From NCBI RefSeq assembly GCF_037042905.1, contig NC_087252.1:22322001-22386000 (forward strand): a stretch of 64,000 nucleotides of DNA, given 5' to 3'. Each line of letters begins with the position of its first letter. The stretch's first letter is position 1. Origin of the DNA: Lytechinus pictus. Taxonomy: Eukaryota. A program made the translations under genes and the position numbers. A model generated the notes under the pieces. The model made no database searches. It had not been told where the DNA came from and saw only the letters and a program-made list of their open reading frames with translations. Positions 61,701 to 64,000 of this stretch are shown piece after piece.

Positions 61701-63268
61701 TCGTTTGCAGATTTGGGTTATTCAATTTCTGTTCTTTCTCTTTGATCACTTCCATATCTACAAAGTGAAAAAAGAAAATAATATATATGAGTAATTTACT
61801 TACAACTAGAATGACATCATGCATATCCTGGATGAAACAAATCTTGATTACTGGTGAGACCTTGGCCAAGATCGTAAACTGCTTTATGCGATTAGGAGAC
61901 TTCAGCTAGAGAGAGAAATGTATGAAATTGTATTCATAAGCATGAAAATGCATATAGGGAAGATCTCAACCCAAACTATAGACTGGGAAGGCAGGGCTGT
62001 TGCGGGCATGAGCGAAATTTTGTGTGTATAGCCGAGGGTGGGGCAGCCTCGGCTATAAACACCAAATTTTCCAGCCTAGTTTGATAATTTTTTTAAGACA
62101 AGTGTTTGATACGATGTTGTGTCCATGCATGCATTTGTACAAAAAATTAGAAAATAACAAATAAGTAGACATAATCAAAATATAAGCATGTATCCCTTTT
62201 TTACCATGACATTGAGGGAAAGAGAATTCAGCCTTGATCACACCCCTGCATTTGAGATAAATTATAATGATCAAATTGATGAGCTTCCTTTGATTTGATT
62301 AATCCAGATTCCAAAATATACATTTAGTCTGAGTAATTTTTGCAATAACACGGAAGTGAGAAGGAGTGAGAAGATTAGCATTATTCAAAGATAAATCATT
62401 TATTACTAGAATTATTCAGTGTATTTTGAAAGTACATGTACATGGCAAACCACACAGATAAAGAATTAAAGAATCACATTAAGATGGAATCCACAACAAA
62501 ATTAAGTACGATGTTGTTTGAAGGTTTGCATGGTGGTATGTACAATCGCTGATGTGGTTTACGGTACACCATGTGAAGTGTTGTAGAAACAGTGGATAGG
62601 AGAAGAGAAGAAATGGATAGGCGAGAAAGTGGAGATTTGAGAGTAGAGTCTTCTTTCTTGAAAGTAGTCCTGAAAAGGACTGTAAACCAGGAAAGATTGA
62701 TGAGTTGAGAACAGCTTGAGTAGTAGAGCTAGTGAGGAGATGCTGGCTTGAGTCGGCGAGTAGAGATGATGAGTAGTAGAGAGACTCGACGTTTCGGGCA
62801 GGTTGACTGTCCGTCTTCAGGAGTGAAGACGGACAGTCAACCTGCCCGAAACGTCGAGTCTCTCTACTACTCATCATCTCTACTCGCCGACTCAAGCCAG
62901 CATCTCCTCACTAGCTCTACTACTCAAGCTGTTCTCAACTCATCAATCTTTCCTGGTTTACAGTCCTTTTCAGGACTACTTTCAAGAAAGAAGACTCTAC
63001 TCTCAAATCTCCACTTTCTCGCCTATCCATTTCTTCTCTTCTCCTATCCACTGTTTCTACAACACTTCACATGGTGTACCGTAAACCACATCAGCGAAAA
63101 TTAAGTACATAAGGGAAAAAAAATCATTTTAACAGTGTAGATTCATACCTGATATGCTCTGACGAGTGTCCCTCCGTCTAAGGAGATGAAAAGATGTCCT
63201 GGACACCCCCATACAGAATGGATCGTCCTCTTCAGCAAACCTTCTCTTGTGAATATTGCTTGTAAGTC
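37640..63268 (-). CDS. HPS6: HPS6-like protein (BLOC-2 subunit), 18 coding exons in window, 5'-incomplete
   Basis: Exons: 63149-63268, 61804-61905, 60983-61223, 59122-59224, 58668-58833, 58104-58215, 57041-57152, 56433-56577, 54943-55158, 53940-54107, 53198-53279, 51855-51956, 51366-51499, 49954-50031, 48709-48809, 41028-41178, 40620-40681, 37640-37796. All GT-AG, phase-compatible, 2352 nt open to the stop. Colinear resemblance to human HPS6 as recalled (not searched): [10 protein letters not shown]~[19 protein letters not shown]~[19 protein letters not shown]~[20 protein letters not shown]~[22 protein letters not shown]~[20 protein letters not shown]~[18 protein letters not shown]~LTVGLLKALL. 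Confidence 0.8.
38728..40470. mobile_element. Internally deleted PIF/Harbinger-like transposon
   Basis: TIR TACCCCCATCTCACTAG with TAA on both sides; + strand basic/acidic ORF remnant ([10 protein letters not shown]...EEEE) and - strand [12 protein letters not shown] remnant. Confidence 0.75.
40620..40681 (-). CDS. HPS6: HPS6-like exon
   Basis: [20 protein letters not shown]. Confidence 0.82.
41028..41178 (-). CDS. HPS6: HPS6-like exon
   Basis: [50 protein letters not shown]. Confidence 0.87.
42926..46579 (+). mobile_element. Helentron-associated (DINE-1/HINE-like) non-autonomous rolling-circle element
   Basis: 5' subTIR ATTAGGTGGTCTGTC with adjacent inverted copy; 3' subTIR GACAGACCACCTAAT (46536-46550); 3' stem-loop AATTCGTC-CGCAT-GACGAATT; CTAGTT end; internal TCTA/TCTG microsatellite; TT junction without TSD. 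Confidence 0.75.
44331..45273. mobile_element. Foldback non-autonomous DNA element filled with a palindromic minisatellite
   Basis: TIR TACGAAAGACCATTAGTGCCACGGAGAAAAAAAA; 6-bp TSD ATCTTG at 44325-44330 and 45274-45279; internal 32-bp units invert near 44745. Confidence 0.88.
47886..48070 (-). mobile_element. tRNA-derived SINE
   Basis: A box TGGCACAGTTGG, B box GGTTCAAACCC, then a non-tRNA body AAAGACGTTAAAAGATGG...CCCTGTTTGGCGTTCA. Confidence 0.75.
48709..48809 (-). CDS. HPS6: HPS6-like exon
   Basis: [33 protein letters not shown]. Confidence 0.82.
49954..50031 (-). CDS. HPS6: HPS6-like exon
   Basis: [26 protein letters not shown]. Confidence 0.82.
50629..51222. mobile_element. Kolobok-like MITE splitting a minus-strand SINE
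   Basis: TTAA|AGGGGAATCCA...TGGATTCCCCT|TTAA. Confidence 0.75.
51366..51499 (-). CDS. HPS6: HPS6-like exon
   Basis: [44 protein letters not shown]. Confidence 0.85.
51855..51956 (-). CDS. HPS6: HPS6-like exon
   Basis: [33 protein letters not shown]. Confidence 0.82.
52573..52896. mobile_element. Harbinger/Tourist-like MITE
   Basis: TAT|GGCCCA...TGGGCC|TAT; homologous to 16010-16322. Confidence 0.7.
52902..53183 (+). mobile_element. tRNA-derived SINE (partial copies at about 38370-38430, 50322-50490, 51225-51330 minus, 53380-53470)
   Basis: A box TGGTCTAGTGG, B-like box GGTTCAGATCC, body CAGGTGAGGTGAATGGGTACC, (TAT)n tail. Confidence 0.8.
53198..53279 (-). CDS. HPS6: HPS6-like exon
   Basis: [27 protein letters not shown]. 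Confidence 0.8.
53940..54107 (-). CDS. HPS6: HPS6-like exon
   Basis: [56 protein letters not shown]. Confidence 0.85.
54943..55158 (-). CDS. HPS6: HPS6-like exon
   Basis: [13 protein letters not shown]...[12 protein letters not shown]. Confidence 0.82.
55928..56396. mobile_element. Uninterrupted copy of the same MITE-like family
   Basis: Reverse-complement similarity to 42820-42925 plus 46580-47074. Confidence 0.7.
56433..56577 (-). CDS. HPS6: HPS6-like exon
   Basis: [48 protein letters not shown]. Confidence 0.85.
57041..57152 (-). CDS. HPS6: HPS6-like exon
   Basis: [36 protein letters not shown]. Confidence 0.82.
57182..57462. mobile_element. MITE
   Basis: TIR containing CCCGTCTTACAAAGAGTT(A/G)CGATTGATC. 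Confidence 0.75.
58104..58215 (-). CDS. HPS6: HPS6-like exon
   Basis: [37 protein letters not shown]. Confidence 0.82.
58668..58833 (-). CDS. HPS6: HPS6-like exon
   Basis: [30 protein letters not shown]...LIHIWSE. Confidence 0.82.
59122..59224 (-). CDS. HPS6: HPS6-like exon
   Basis: [33 protein letters not shown]; bridges phase 1 to 2. Confidence 0.8.
60983..61223 (-). CDS. HPS6: HPS6-like exon
   Basis: [12 protein letters not shown]...[10 protein letters not shown]...[10 protein letters not shown]. Confidence 0.88.
61804..61905 (-). CDS. HPS6: HPS6-like exon
   Basis: [34 protein letters not shown]; donor GTAAGT. Confidence 0.8.
62510..63096. mobile_element. Penelope-like retroelement remnant (inverted pseudo-LTR pair)
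   Basis: 12-bp direct repeat AAAATTAAGTAC at 62498-62509 and 63097-63108; perfect 274-bp inverted arms 62546-62819 and 62824-63097; hammerhead motif at the apex. Confidence 0.75.
62784..62824 (-). ncRNA. Minimal type I hammerhead ribozyme
   Basis: ACTC-CTGAAGA-C-GGACAG-TCAAC-CTGCCC-GAAA-C-GTC-GAGT: helix I ACTC/GAGT, CUGANGA and GAAA core, helix II, ACGU palindromic helix III, GUC site. Confidence 0.7.
63149..63268 (-). CDS. HPS6: HPS6-like exon (first seen in window)
   Basis: [44 protein letters not shown], phase 0-0. Confidence 0.8.
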
Positions 63269-64000
63269 CTGCATATTCAATACAAGATTTCAGGTGTTAG
63301 TAACAATAACTTTAAAAAACATGTAACAAGCATTATCAATTTTATCTTGGTCCGATAAGAACTATTAATGAATAAAAGCTACACGTATGTAGCTTGGCCA
63401 TCATAGAGATGTATTTATGTTATGATCTTTAGTTTTCAATCTTTTTATATTAGAGTCTATATTTCATCACACACACTTGTATATGTATATATATATATAT
63501 ATATTGATAAAGGGAGTTTTAAATATGATGCTGGAAATGCTGGAGATGATGACGATGGTGATGATGATAATGACGATGATGATGATGACAATTGTGATAA
63601 TGATAGTGAAAGATGATGGTGGTTATGATGACGACGACAATGGTGATAATGATGGAGGTGGTGATAATGATATACATGTAGGTGGTGTTGTTAATCATGT
63701 TGATGATAATAGTGTAGATGCATGGTGCTGAAGATGATGATGATGGTAATGATGATGATAGTGGTGGTTGTGGTCACTGCTGGCAACAATGACAATGATG
63801 TTGATTACGGTGGCATTCTTAATTTAACAATAATTCACTGCGAAGAAACGGGTGAGTAAAGTGGACAACCAAGACACAAAGGAGAAAAAAAAGAAAAGGA
63901 CAAACATGGTGTTATTTGTTGATTATTAATGTATAAAAGTCTATCACATTATTAGATTTTCATTTCAAAACGGCCGTTTTCACTTGCTTGCTTTGCTCAC

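Noticed and set aside
61684..61757. Apparent exon [24 protein letters not shown]
   Set aside because: Wrong phase for the upstream donor, only 46 nt from it, and ends in a stop; the flanking exons join in frame without it.
62479..63104. Twin near-identical ORFs on opposite strands (138 aa and 118 aa)
   Set aside because: By-product of the perfect inverted repeat; low-complexity, no recognisable domain.

Overview
Eukaryotic, AT-rich, repeat-dense animal genomic DNA; the repeat landscape suggests a sea urchin or other echinoderm (inference only). Two multi-exon genes lie on the minus strand, both reconstructed by hand with splice phases checked. (1) A complete GH37 trehalase: 13 exons, 16939-28206, 581 aa, with signal peptide, hydrophobic C-tail and a GC-AG first intron. 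(2) An HPS6-like (BLOC-2) gene: 18 coding exons, 37640-63268, 783 aa in window; its start exon was not found and probably lies beyond the window. The rest is non-autonomous DNA transposons (hAT-, Harbinger-, Kolobok-, Tc1-, CACTA-like), tRNA-derived SINEs and microsatellites. The main observations are: a TSD-flanked Penelope-like insertion forming a perfect 274-bp hairpin with a minimal hammerhead ribozyme at its apex; a 943-bp foldback built of about 30 perfect 20-bp palindromes, nested in a Helentron/DINE-1-like element that also carries a tRNA-like Pol III cassette; and two partial exon duplications in the HPS6-like gene.
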